DNA of 16,948 bases from an uncultured archaeon (GCA_964590575.1 CAZPWM010000068.1:1-16948); one strand, 5' to 3'. Positions 1 through 8,400 are shown, numbered from the stretch's first letter. Translations and numbers: made by a program. Notes: a model not told the origin generated them from the letters alone.

Positions 1-1487
1 GTTGTCAACATAATCATCAGTCCCGGTGGTATAATCCACCACCACATCTCATTTACAAGTGCAGCTTTCCGAGATGCCCAATACAGTACGATCCCCCAAC
101 TTGGTTGAGCGTGAATTGGCATGAATCCCAAGAATGAGATACCCGCTTCACTCAGAATGGCGCTTACGACACCAATAATTACATTTGCCAGAATCAGAGG
201 GAGAGTGTTTGGCATTATATGGCGAAACAGGATATAGTTATCAGAAGCTCCAATTGCATGAGCTGCTTCAGTTAAAGGACGTTCTCTAAGACTCAACGCT
301 TCGCTTCTTACCATCCTCGCTGTTCCAGTCCATCCAAGAATTGCTATGACTATAATGACATTCTGAAGACCTTGACCAAAGAACATGAGAAAGATCAGCA
401 TCAAAGGTAGTGTAGGAAGACAGAGAAACAAGTCTGTAATTCGCATCAGGATTGAATCAATAAGACCCCCATAATATCCAGAAAGAAGACCAACTAGAGT
501 TCCGATAACAACAGCTACAATGCTAGCAGTAAATCCGACAATTAAGGATATTTGCGATCCCCAAATCACGCGGCTAAAAATATCTCCGCCATCGTGATTT
601 GTACCAAACGGATGTTGGAGACTTGGTGGCAAGAACCAATCAGCGGGATTTAATGAACTATACGACCAATGATATGGTGCAATCCAAGGAGCAAAAGCAG
701 CTAAAAAGATGATTCCGCATACAATGAAGAAACCTAAAAGTCCTAACCTATCGTGGACAAACTCCACCCAGAAAGATTCGATGCCGTGTCTTAAATCCCA
801 AGCAATCATTATCAATCTTGGAATAAATATGTATAGAGGAATCACAATAAATGCTGCTCCAATTGCAATCCATGAAAACCCACTGACAGTTAAGAATCCA
901 CCAACTGACATAGTAATGATTGTTGGTAGTAGATCAACTCCAATGAAATCTTCAGTCAGGAGCAGTTCCAGCAGCATCCAACAACCAATCACTCCGATTA
1001 CTACAGAATGATAAATAGCCATCTTCTTTCGATCCCAACTTACTAATCTCGGGGGATCCCAGAAAAATAGGATAAATCCTGTAATGATTCCTAAACCAAC
1101 ACTGAACGCCAACAGAAAGAGTAGAATAATAGATATTTTGAGCACAATGAAAACGATCTCTGCAGGTCTTTTTTCGTATAATGGTTTTCCTAAAAATCCA
1201 ATCCACAATGTCATGATAAATATGATAAATCCCAGAACTCTAATTGTAGTTGTAAAGCCAACAGTCGTTGAAAAATCAAACCCAATGATAGATAGCGATA
1301 ACCAATCCATCAACACCGCAATTCCAGCATCTAATCCATAGATTATCAATATTGAGATCAAAATGAAGCTCCCAAGAGATACAATATTTACATGAAGTGG
1401 TTTCCCTTCAACATCAAGTTTTGTCTTTATTGATCTCGTTTCTCCATTTCTTGAGTCATTGACTATTGAATCTTGGTCGATTGTCAT
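1..1487 (-). CDS. oppC: Peptide/nickel ABC transporter permease, OppC/DppC family, with a long extra N-terminal membrane region; 3' end lies outside the window (at least 495 codons)
   Basis: Not in the ORF track; translated by hand from ATG at 1487 (MTIDQDSIVNDSRNGETRS...), preceded by AGGAGGAG that overlaps the oppB stop. It contains the OppC N-terminal segment FWVEFVHDRLGLLGFFIVCGIIFLAAFAPWIAPY, then HPFGTNHDGGDIFSRVIWGSQISLIVG, GYYGGLIDSILMRITDLFLCLP, the EAA loop TEAAHAIGASDNYILFRHIMPN, SEAGISFLG, PSWG and WWWIIPPG. Confidence 0.95.
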   Translation of the reverse strand, partial: MTIDQDSIVNDSRNGETRSIKTKLDVEGKPLHVNIVSLGSFILISILIIYGLDAGIAVLMDWLSLSIIGFDFSTTVGFTTTIRVLGFIIFIMTLWIGFLGKPLYEKRPAEIVFIVLKISIILLFLLAFSVGLGIITGFILFFWDPPRLVSWDRKKMAIYHSVVIGVIGCWMLLELLLTEDFIGVDLLPTIITMSVGGFLTVSGFSWIAIGAAFIVIPLYIFIPRLIMIAWDLRHGIESFWVEFVHDRLGLLGFFIVCGIIFLAAFAPWIAPYHWSYSSLNPADWFLPPSLQHPFGTNHDGGDIFSRVIWGSQISLIVGFTASIVAVVIGTLVGLLSGYYGGLIDSILMRITDLFLCLPTLPLMLIFLMFFGQGLQNVIIVIAILGWTGTARMVRSEALSLRERPLTEAAHAIGASDNYILFRHIMPNTLPLILANVIIGVVSAILSEAGISFLGFMPIHAQPSWGIVLYWASRKAALVNEMWWWIIPPGLMIMLT

Positions 1488-1498
1488 CAATTCTCCTC

Positions 1499-2491
1499 CT
1501 AATATCGAATTCTTGGATCAAGGTACAAATAGAGAAGATCCGCCACAAAGTTAGCTATTACAGTTATTGTCGCAAGAAATAGAAATAATCCTTGAAGAAC
1601 AGGATAGTCATTAGCTAACACTGCATCATATGTTAAAAGACCCAAGCCTTCCCAACTAAAGACAAATTCTGTGATCATTGCGCCACTAATAAGATATGGA
1701 ATATTAACTGCTATGACACTCACCATGGGAAGCATCGCATTCCTCATTGCATGTTTATATAGAATCGTTCTTTCCTTGAGCCCCTTCGCTTTAGCTGCTA
1801 GCATGTAGTCTTGAGTAAATACGTCCAAAACCGAATCTCTCATGATTAGGTAGAACCCACCAATAAAAGAGAGTGTTAAGACAATTGTCGGTGCTATCAT
1901 ATGCCACCCATAATCCTGAATGAAATCCAGAACATTCACATGATGATAACCGCGGGTTATTGTTCCTGCAATCGGTATCAAGTCAAAATAATAGCCAAAG
2001 AACAAAATAAGAAGCAGACCAATCCAAAATACAGGGATGCTGTAGGCAACCAAAAAGAAGATAGTAGAGCCAGTGTCAGTTTTGGAACCCCTTCGAGCTG
2101 CTGCTATTACTCCAGCAAACATTCCAATAACAATTGATAGAACTAATGAAGCTCCCATTAACCATACTGTGTTCCAAAATCTATGGTCAAAGATAGTGTA
2201 CAATACGTCCTCGCCAAAGTGGGAAAAAGACTCACCAAAGTCGCATTTAAAAATGTTAATAATATAAATCACAAATTGCTCTAAAATGGGTTTATCAAGT
2301 CCAAAACGTTCTGCAATTGCTTCTCTTACCTCAAAAGGCATGTGATTCGAAATCATTGATCCCCTTGGATCTCCGGGCATTACTCTAAAGATGAAGAAAT
2401 TAACAACTACAATCAAGAACCAGATCAGAATTGTCTGACCTATTCTTTTTAGTATGTACATTCCGGGTTTACTCTTCTCTTTAACCGCCAT
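1499..2491 (-). CDS. oppB: Peptide/nickel ABC transporter permease, OppB/DppB family
   Basis: Canonical motifs YILKRI, MPGDP, FGLDKPILEQF, DFGESF, EAA loop DYMLAAKAKGLKERTILYKHAMRNAMLP, EFVFSWEGLG, DYPVLQG and C-terminal DLLYLYLDPRIRY; lies between the binding protein and oppC. Confidence 0.96.
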   Translation of the reverse strand: MAVKEKSKPGMYILKRIGQTILIWFLIVVVNFFIFRVMPGDPRGSMISNHMPFEVREAIAERFGLDKPILEQFVIYIINIFKCDFGESFSHFGEDVLYTIFDHRFWNTVWLMGASLVLSIVIGMFAGVIAAARRGSKTDTGSTIFFLVAYSIPVFWIGLLLILFFGYYFDLIPIAGTITRGYHHVNVLDFIQDYGWHMIAPTIVLTLSFIGGFYLIMRDSVLDVFTQDYMLAAKAKGLKERTILYKHAMRNAMLPMVSVIAVNIPYLISGAMITEFVFSWEGLGLLTYDAVLANDYPVLQGLFLFLATITVIANFVADLLYLYLDPRIRY

Positions 2492-2530
2492 CAGAATTTT
2501 CTCATTTCCCTTTTTGGAATATTTGCAGTT

Positions 2531-2552
2531 CCCTTAAATTAAAGGCTATCGG
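2531..2552 (-). promoter_or_regulatory. Possible internal archaeal promoter (TATA-like box) for oppB-oppC
   Basis: Minus strand reads CCGATAGCC-TTTAATTTAAGGG about 45 bp upstream of the oppB ATG and downstream of the oppA terminator. Confidence 0.4.
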
Positions 2553-2575
2553 ATTTAGTAATAACGGAAAATACC

Positions 2576-2621
2576 AAAAAAAGGGTGAAAAAAAAAAGAA
2601 AAAGGGTAGTGACTACCCTTT
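2576..2621 (-). terminator. Hairpin plus long U-tract terminator directly after oppA
   Basis: Perfect inverted repeat AAAGGGTAGT-G-ACTACCCTTT (2601-2621) overlaps the TAA stop and is followed on the minus strand by TTCTTTTTTTTTTCACCCTTTTTTT. Confidence 0.8.
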
Positions 2622-4377
2622 ACTTCTTCTTGAGTACAAGATATGTTATGAGGACACCAACAATCAGTGCACCTGCACCAATTCCCAAGATCAAGACGAT
2701 GTCGACACCTGGGGCTGGTGGTGCTACACCTGGAAACTCTCTGACGCCATCATTATCAATGTCAAGATATCCTGCATCATCAAGTATCTCGTTTGCTAGG
2801 TCAACATCTTCCACAAAAGATCCGTCAGAGCTGTAGAATGACGGGAAGAAACAAGCAGGAATTGTACTGTTTGTTATAGTTCCAAATCCAAGCCGACCAA
2901 CGTTGACCAAGTATTGACGGTCCATTGCCAAGCTAATTGCCTTTCTAACATCTAGATCATCTAATCCTGGGATAGTCATATTGAAGCCAAGGACATAGTC
3001 CCACTGAGAAGCCACCCCAGTGACGAGGTCAAGTTCTGGAGCATTCAGAATAGTGTTGACATAAGCACCAAACACTTCATAGCGTTCTGTGTCAGCGTCA
3101 CCATTTTTCATTGCTAAGATTCTCGCATCCTGTCCACGCACAACATCAATTCTCACATCAGTGATACTTGGTAGTTGACCGACGTATGGATTGGTTGGAC
3201 CCCACCAGTTATCAAAGCGGTCCATCTCAGTGAACTCGTCAGGAGTTCTTGAGATATATTTGAATGGACCAGAACCAGTGTGTGCGGTCACGTTGTCAGA
3301 GTCGTCCCATCTGGCATCATTAGCTGCAACTCCTCCCCAGATGTGTTCTGGAATAATGTACAGTTCACCAAGGGTTTGTAGTGCAAATGAGTAAGCATCA
3401 TCCATCACTACACTGACAACATTGCCATACGCAGTTGCGCTTACCATGTGCTGCAGGAAGGACCAATACACCGCATCTTCAGGTGCATTCTTTTGGTAGT
3501 TAAATGTGAAAGCAACATCGTCGGCATCAAGGGTGTTGCCATCATGCCATTGCGCACCAGATCTAATGGTGTAGTTTATCGTCATTCCATCAGCACTAAT
3601 GGCGTAGTCCTCACTGAGCCATGGTATTGGGTCCAGATTTTCATCATATGAGATCAATGTATCATAGATCAACATATCATACCAATGCGAGCGTTCACTG
3701 CGATAGAACAATGGATTCAGCTCACCGATGTCTGATCCATATGCCATAACAAACTCCATAGGACCTGATGTCCATGTGTCATCATACATGAAGATCATTG
3801 TGTGTGGATTGTAAGATGTAAAAGGTCCGCCAGGTTTTAGGCTATAGTTTGTCCATTCATTCCTGATGGCATGAGTGTCATCTGATAAGAAGAGTGGAAT
3901 GTATGGTATGTTCTGTGTAGCATAGATTTGTACAAGCCTTGCATTTGCTGTCAACTCGGCAGGTGTTGAAGTCATGAAGTTGTCTAGTGCTGTGTCCATT
4001 GTAGCATTATTGAGACCATAAGGGTTGTCACCCCAGTCGATAATGTTTTCTGAATGCATTCTATACCATACTTGGTCTGGAACGCTTCCATAGCCATGAC
4101 TCATCTCATACATGACAAACTGCCTTGGTTCTTGAAATATTCCTTCATACATCGGATCATCGTCTTTGATCACGACGTTGATTTCAATCCCTATTTCATC
4201 TAGTAATGTCCTTATCCCCGTTCCTGTGTCAACGCTGATGTCATCCCAAGATAGAACCCACAAGTCAAATGACAGCTCTGGAGTGGCGTCAAGCTGTGCG
4301 TTTACTGGAATAACACCCCAAGGGACAAAGAGTGCTAGAGCTAATAGGGCATAGAGTAGTTTCTTTTTTCGAATCAA
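2620..4377 (-). CDS. oppA: Family 5 extracellular solute-binding protein (OppA/DppA-like), circularly permuted, with signal peptide and C-terminal membrane anchor
   Basis: TTG start with GGAAGGAG upstream; signal peptide MIRKKKLLYALLALALFVPWGVIPVNA; family 5 motifs LIYDTL, IPWLSEDY, QWHDGNTLDADDVAFTF, TGSGPF, VRKAISLAMDR, ANEILDDAGY; Pro-rich linker, hydrophobic helix and KKK at the C-terminus; at least six N-x-S/T sequons (NAT, NYS, NYT, NVT, NMT, NST). Confidence 0.93.
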   Translation of the reverse strand: MIRKKKLLYALLALALFVPWGVIPVNAQLDATPELSFDLWVLSWDDISVDTGTGIRTLLDEIGIEINVVIKDDDPMYEGIFQEPRQFVMYEMSHGYGSVPDQVWYRMHSENIIDWGDNPYGLNNATMDTALDNFMTSTPAELTANARLVQIYATQNIPYIPLFLSDDTHAIRNEWTNYSLKPGGPFTSYNPHTMIFMYDDTWTSGPMEFVMAYGSDIGELNPLFYRSERSHWYDMLIYDTLISYDENLDPIPWLSEDYAISADGMTINYTIRSGAQWHDGNTLDADDVAFTFNYQKNAPEDAVYWSFLQHMVSATAYGNVVSVVMDDAYSFALQTLGELYIIPEHIWGGVAANDARWDDSDNVTAHTGSGPFKYISRTPDEFTEMDRFDNWWGPTNPYVGQLPSITDVRIDVVRGQDARILAMKNGDADTERYEVFGAYVNTILNAPELDLVTGVASQWDYVLGFNMTIPGLDDLDVRKAISLAMDRQYLVNVGRLGFGTITNSTIPACFFPSFYSSDGSFVEDVDLANEILDDAGYLDIDNDGVREFPGVAPPAPGVDIVLILGIGAGALIVGVLITYLVLKKK

Positions 4378-4386
4378 GTTTACTCC

Positions 4387-4417
4387 TTCCTAACTCTTTA
4401 GGAAATAACATTCCTAA
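4387..4417 (-). repeat. Three alternating copies of the heptamer TTCCTAA/TTAGGAA in the oppA leader
   Basis: Plus strand: TTCCTAA 4387-4393, TTAGGAA 4398-4404, TTCCTAA 4411-4417. The copy at 4387-4393 overlaps the ribosome-binding site. Confidence 0.75.
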
Positions 4418-4440
4418 GTGGATATTAGCTAAACAAAGTA

Positions 4441-4461
4441 GTCTTTAAGCGTTTACTTTTC
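4441..4461 (-). promoter_or_regulatory. Putative BRE/TATA promoter of oppA
   Basis: Minus strand GAAAAGTAAACG-CTTAAAGAC: a purine-rich stretch followed by a TTAAA box about 65 bp upstream of the TTG start. Confidence 0.5.
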
Positions 4462-4489
4462 AGTAGTGACTGGAATATTAGATAAAATT

Positions 4490-5278
4490 TTAATCAAATT
4501 TCGTATCGATTAACATCTGTCTGCATTTTTCATTTATATCCAGTAATCTAGTTAGGGCTCTTCCTTTCGAAAGAGCATCTGGAATGTCTCCAGTAGAGGG
4601 ATTCTCAAGTGCCAATATTCTAGATGAATCGTTCTCTAAACTTCGGAATTTTATGAGTGTTGTTGCCACAAGAACGCAATTACCAATTGATGCAGACTTG
4701 ACAATAGATGTGTCAAGACAATTAATTACAAGGGAGGATGCTTTTACTACTCCATCAGCAGATCTCTTCATTTTCGCTATCTCTTCATGCTTTCTTATAC
4801 TTGAGCGCGATCTAGGCAGAAACAAAGAGGTTGAGGACCTCAAGTTATCCTGAATCTTCACAATATCATCTCTTAAATCTGAAAGCTTCTCTTGAGCTGT
4901 TCTTCGTTCATTGATTAAGTCATTAACAGTAGACTTGAGATACTCTCTTTTGACATTGCTAGTTCTCTCCTGGGGATAATCAAAAGGTGCATCTTCTTTG
5001 ACTAGACTAACATATCGTGGACGCCAGAGTAGTAAAACCTCTTCAAAACTTCTTACCAGTGGTGTGAATTCTTCATCTATAAGACTTGTAGATACAGCAT
5101 TATTGTCCGAATCAAAGAAGTGAATGTAACGAAAAGCCCTCATTGTTGATTGTCCGATTTGGTAACTTTCAATAGGTTCCCTTCTTAGAACCCCTCTCTT
5201 TTTTGTTCTTGCTGTTGCCAAGGAATGAAGAGATTCATCGATGAAATCTGGTCCAAGAAGTATCTTTATTGGAGTCAT
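4490..5278 (-). CDS. Hypothetical soluble protein (262 aa) with a central coiled-coil-like segment
   Basis: Long open frame that fills the gap between genes; heptad-like LINERRTAQEKLSDLRDDIVKIQDNL; no motif recognised. A TATA-like TTTTTATGTA about 25 bp upstream of the ATG and no Shine-Dalgarno suggest a leaderless transcript. Confidence 0.8.
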   Translation of the reverse strand: MTPIKILLGPDFIDESLHSLATARTKKRGVLRREPIESYQIGQSTMRAFRYIHFFDSDNNAVSTSLIDEEFTPLVRSFEEVLLLWRPRYVSLVKEDAPFDYPQERTSNVKREYLKSTVNDLINERRTAQEKLSDLRDDIVKIQDNLRSSTSLFLPRSRSSIRKHEEIAKMKRSADGVVKASSLVINCLDTSIVKSASIGNCVLVATTLIKFRSLENDSSRILALENPSTGDIPDALSKGRALTRLLDINEKCRQMLIDTKFD

Positions 5279-5300
5279 ATGTTAGATACAAATAATGCTA

Positions 5301-5310
5301 TACATAAAAA
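5301..5310 (-). promoter_or_regulatory. Putative TATA box of the leaderless 262-aa gene
   Basis: Minus strand TTTTTATGTA lies 23-32 bp upstream of ATG 5278, the usual spacing for an archaeal leaderless mRNA. Confidence 0.5.
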
Positions 5311-5425
5311 TAGAGTTCCCTGTACTGTTAGCTCCATTAGCATGTTGAGAATTCATTTTCATCATCCTTTTCCTTGATTGTAAATTTGAAGGATAGGATA
5401 TATCAACGTCAAATGGATTTTATTA

Positions 5426-6778
5426 GTGGCGATAATCATGTACAAGTCTGTAACAAGGTTCATTGATACTAACCTGGACAAATCCATTGATGCTCTCAAG
5501 ACATTTTGCAGGATTCCCTCAGTAGCCGCGAAGAATGAAGGCCTTAATGAAACTGCAAGCCTGGTTGAGAAGATGCTTAAGGATGCAGGTCTAGAAACAG
5601 ATATTCATCCAACCTCTGGAGCATCCGTGGTAACTGGCCTGTTAGATGTTGGAGCAAAGAGGACCCTGCTTTTCTACGATCACTATGATGTGCAACCAGC
5701 AGAACCATTTGACCTCTGGGACTCGCCTCCCTTTGAACCAGAGATTAGGAACGGACGATTATTTGGAAGAGGTGTGGCTGATAATAAAGGCGATACGACG
5801 TTAAGAATTTGGACTTTGAAAGCTTTCAAAGAAACTAACACCGAATTGCCTGTTAACGTTAAATTCGTCGTAGAGGGTGAAGAGGAGATAGGGAGCGTTA
5901 ACCTTCAAGAGTACACAGAGAAAAATTCGGACTTCATCACAGCTGATGGGGGTATCTGGGAGTTCGGAGGAGCTGGAATTCATGGGAAACAAGAAGCGTG
6001 GCTTGGCCTCAAGGGCATTTTCTTTGTGGAGCTTGAAGTTGAGCGTCTCTCAAGGGATGTGCATTCAAGTACTGCATGTGTTCTTCCATCCGCTGCTAGC
6101 CGCTTGGTCTGGGCATTGAACTCACTAAAAGATGAGGGGAGCAATGTTCTGATTGAGGGATTTTATGATGGTATAAAGCCGCTTAGCGATTCGGAGATTG
6201 AAGCGATTAAGAAGATTGACATGCGCGAAAAACAACTCAAGGAAATGTACGGGATCGATGAATATCTGAACGGTCTTACTGGAGATGAGCTAAAGAAAGC
6301 CTACTACAATGCCCCTACGTGCAATATCTGCGGACTGACCTGCGGTTATCAGGGTACAGGTTCGATGACCGTGCTTCCTGCGAAAGCCTCATGCAAGATT
6401 GACTTCAGGCTCGTTGAGGGGATGCATCCTGATGACATTCACAAAAAACTTAGAAAACATTTGGATAGCAGAGGCTTTACTGATGTCAAGATACCTTACT
6501 TTGAAGGATATCCAGCTGCTAAGACTCCCGTTGATCATCCATTTGTCAAAATCGTAGAGAAGGCAAACCAACGAGTCTTTGGTGATATGGTCATTCATCC
6601 AACAAGCCCCGGTTCAGGACCACTCTATCTCTTCAACAAATATGTACCAATGGTTTCTGTTGGTTGTGGCGATTATGAGTCAAAGGCACATTCCCCTAAC
6701 GAGAGCATTGTAGTTGAGAACTACAGAAAGACCATGCACCGACTTGTCGCAGTAATGGATGAGATGAGTAAGTGGTAG
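5426..6778 (+). CDS. M20/M25/M40 family metallo-hydrolase (dipeptidase/DapE/ArgE-like); true start may be ATG 5438
   Basis: Metal-binding and catalytic motifs YDHYDVQPAEP, GRGVADNKG, EGEEEIGS, DVHS, IDFRLV and C-terminal AHSPNE; no signal peptide. Confidence 0.95.
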   Translation: MAIIMYKSVTRFIDTNLDKSIDALKTFCRIPSVAAKNEGLNETASLVEKMLKDAGLETDIHPTSGASVVTGLLDVGAKRTLLFYDHYDVQPAEPFDLWDSPPFEPEIRNGRLFGRGVADNKGDTTLRIWTLKAFKETNTELPVNVKFVVEGEEEIGSVNLQEYTEKNSDFITADGGIWEFGGAGIHGKQEAWLGLKGIFFVELEVERLSRDVHSSTACVLPSAASRLVWALNSLKDEGSNVLIEGFYDGIKPLSDSEIEAIKKIDMREKQLKEMYGIDEYLNGLTGDELKKAYYNAPTCNICGLTCGYQGTGSMTVLPAKASCKIDFRLVEGMHPDDIHKKLRKHLDSRGFTDVKIPYFEGYPAAKTPVDHPFVKIVEKANQRVFGDMVIHPTSPGSGPLYLFNKYVPMVSVGCGDYESKAHSPNESIVVENYRKTMHRLVAVMDEMSKW

Positions 6779-6802
6779 GTCTACTTCCTCGAACATCATG
6801 GA

Positions 6803-8389
6803 CTATGGGAGTGGAGGTCTGATCCTAACTTCCTTTTCCCACTCCACCCCGTAAGCATAGTTGATCCTAATCTCAGCTCCCGCTCCAATCTTGGTTTCCC
6901 ATTCTATAACTCCAAGTTCCATTTTCTTGAAGGGAATACTGGGTTCAGAGAGTTCCACTGTTATTTTCTCTGAGTTGCTATAGGGAATGACATCCACAAC
7001 TCTAATTGCGATTTCCCGCTTAGAGAAGTTCTGCATTTCAAGAGCGTATCTGTATCCTCTTTTCTGTTTACCCCTGGTGATTCCAGCTTTCTCAGTGTCT
7101 TTCTCAATGAGTTTCTTCTCAGCCTTCACATCATAAGCGACACGAGTTCCAAGCCTGAACTTTTCCCTCGGTGCCTGAAGGTTAAGGTATGTTTCACCAA
7201 TGAAGTCCCCCACTGCATAGACCTTCACATTACCCGGAAGAAGTACTGCATCACCATTTGTGATCTCATCCTGAGCCACAACTTCCGCCATTGCCGCAGC
7301 GTTCCAGTAGTGTAATCGTCGAGAGTCAAACTCCTCAAGTGTGAGTGTGACTGGATGTGGATCGTTGTCAGCTGGAATTGAGACCTCGCCAGGAACAATG
7401 TATACAGTAATTCCACCAAGTGTTTCGGTGGGTTCTGCATAGTCCTCAATTATTCCGGGCATTGGCTCTTCCTCAGCCTCCATCAGCATATCCCCCATGT
7501 CCTCATCGTAAGCCTTCTCCTTTTTCATCTCCATCGGAGCTGCTGCGGACCTCGTAGCCACCATTCCAAAGTGTTGTGGTGTGTAAACATCAACATAGAA
7601 TGGGTTTGGTTTCACCGCCTCTACGGGTTGAGCTGATGCTGTTGAGACTGTGAGGCTTACATCTTCCCACTCCTCAAGAGTCTGATTTCGAACAACTGCG
7701 ATTCTTTTGACAGATGACTTTTCATCACCTATGTCGACATCATAGGTTGGTTGCCATGATGCCATTCTCAATTGATAAGTGACTTCTAGTTCAAGTTGTG
7801 TACTCTCTTTTACATCAAGACTGACAAACACTTCATTGAAGGTTTCTGTCCTTCTCTGACCTTGAATTCTATTGATGTTGTCTTGCAGAGCCGCTATTTC
7901 AGCATGAATCCGCTCCAATTCATTCTCTAGTTCGCGGATTGTCTTCTTTGAGTCACGAATCAAATCACTGGTTGTCTTGTCCATCTTTGTCATCTGATCC
8001 ATTGGGGTTTCCCCAACTGAGTACCATTTTCCAAACTCTGAACTGAACTGACTCATCACAACATTGAGTCGTTCTCCTCGAGTTCTCTGAAGTTGGATTT
8101 TATCATCAATAACAGCTCTTTCTTTCTCAAGTTCCTTGAGTTTATTATAGAGCTCCTTGATGTCACCTGTGGGTTCATAGGTTTGGCTTATTTGCTTGAC
8201 ATCAATTCCTCGAAGTACTGCGGCTCCCTTCCCTTTAACACGGAAACTGTCCAGTTCGGCATAGCGAGTAATCCCTGGAACCTTTACAGTCTGCTCGCCA
8301 ACAGCGAGTTCTGTTTTTCCGGTCCTGACGATTCGTGCACCATCTCGGAATACTGTAACTGCTGAAATCTGTGTGTTTATCTCTTTCAT
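6803..8389 (-). CDS. DUF4140 + coiled coil + DUF4139 protein (mucoidy inhibitor MuiA / TIGR02231-like), copy 2
   Basis: N-terminal ISAVTVFRDGARIVR...DSFRVKG, a long coiled coil, LEVTY..ASWQPTYDV, AVVRNQTLEEWEDVSLTVSTA, VSIPADN, LLPGNVKVY..GDFIGET, RVVDVIPYS, GVIEW; RBS GAGGTTAGAGG upstream. Confidence 0.9.
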   Translation of the reverse strand: MKEINTQISAVTVFRDGARIVRTGKTELAVGEQTVKVPGITRYAELDSFRVKGKGAAVLRGIDVKQISQTYEPTGDIKELYNKLKELEKERAVIDDKIQLQRTRGERLNVVMSQFSSEFGKWYSVGETPMDQMTKMDKTTSDLIRDSKKTIRELENELERIHAEIAALQDNINRIQGQRRTETFNEVFVSLDVKESTQLELEVTYQLRMASWQPTYDVDIGDEKSSVKRIAVVRNQTLEEWEDVSLTVSTASAQPVEAVKPNPFYVDVYTPQHFGMVATRSAAAPMEMKKEKAYDEDMGDMLMEAEEEPMPGIIEDYAEPTETLGGITVYIVPGEVSIPADNDPHPVTLTLEEFDSRRLHYWNAAAMAEVVAQDEITNGDAVLLPGNVKVYAVGDFIGETYLNLQAPREKFRLGTRVAYDVKAEKKLIEKDTEKAGITRGKQKRGYRYALEMQNFSKREIAIRVVDVIPYSNSEKITVELSEPSIPFKKMELGVIEWETKIGAGAEIRINYAYGVEWEKEVRIRPPLP

Positions 8390-8400
8390 CCTCTAACCTC

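Noticed and set aside
709-1341. ORF-track entries 709-1011 (+), 952-1206 (-) and 1084-1341 (+)
   Set aside because: They lie inside the real oppC frame, which the track missed because its stop is outside the window; they are antisense or off-frame shadows.
1901-4853. Short plus-strand ORFs opposite oppB, oppA and the 262-aa gene
   Set aside because: Antisense shadows of longer, better-supported genes; Ser/Thr/Ile-rich with no motifs.
5361-5400. Loose inverted repeat ATCCTTTTCCTT...AAGGATAGGAT in the divergent promoter
   Set aside because: Imperfect, with a long spacer; not distinguishable from chance without comparative data.
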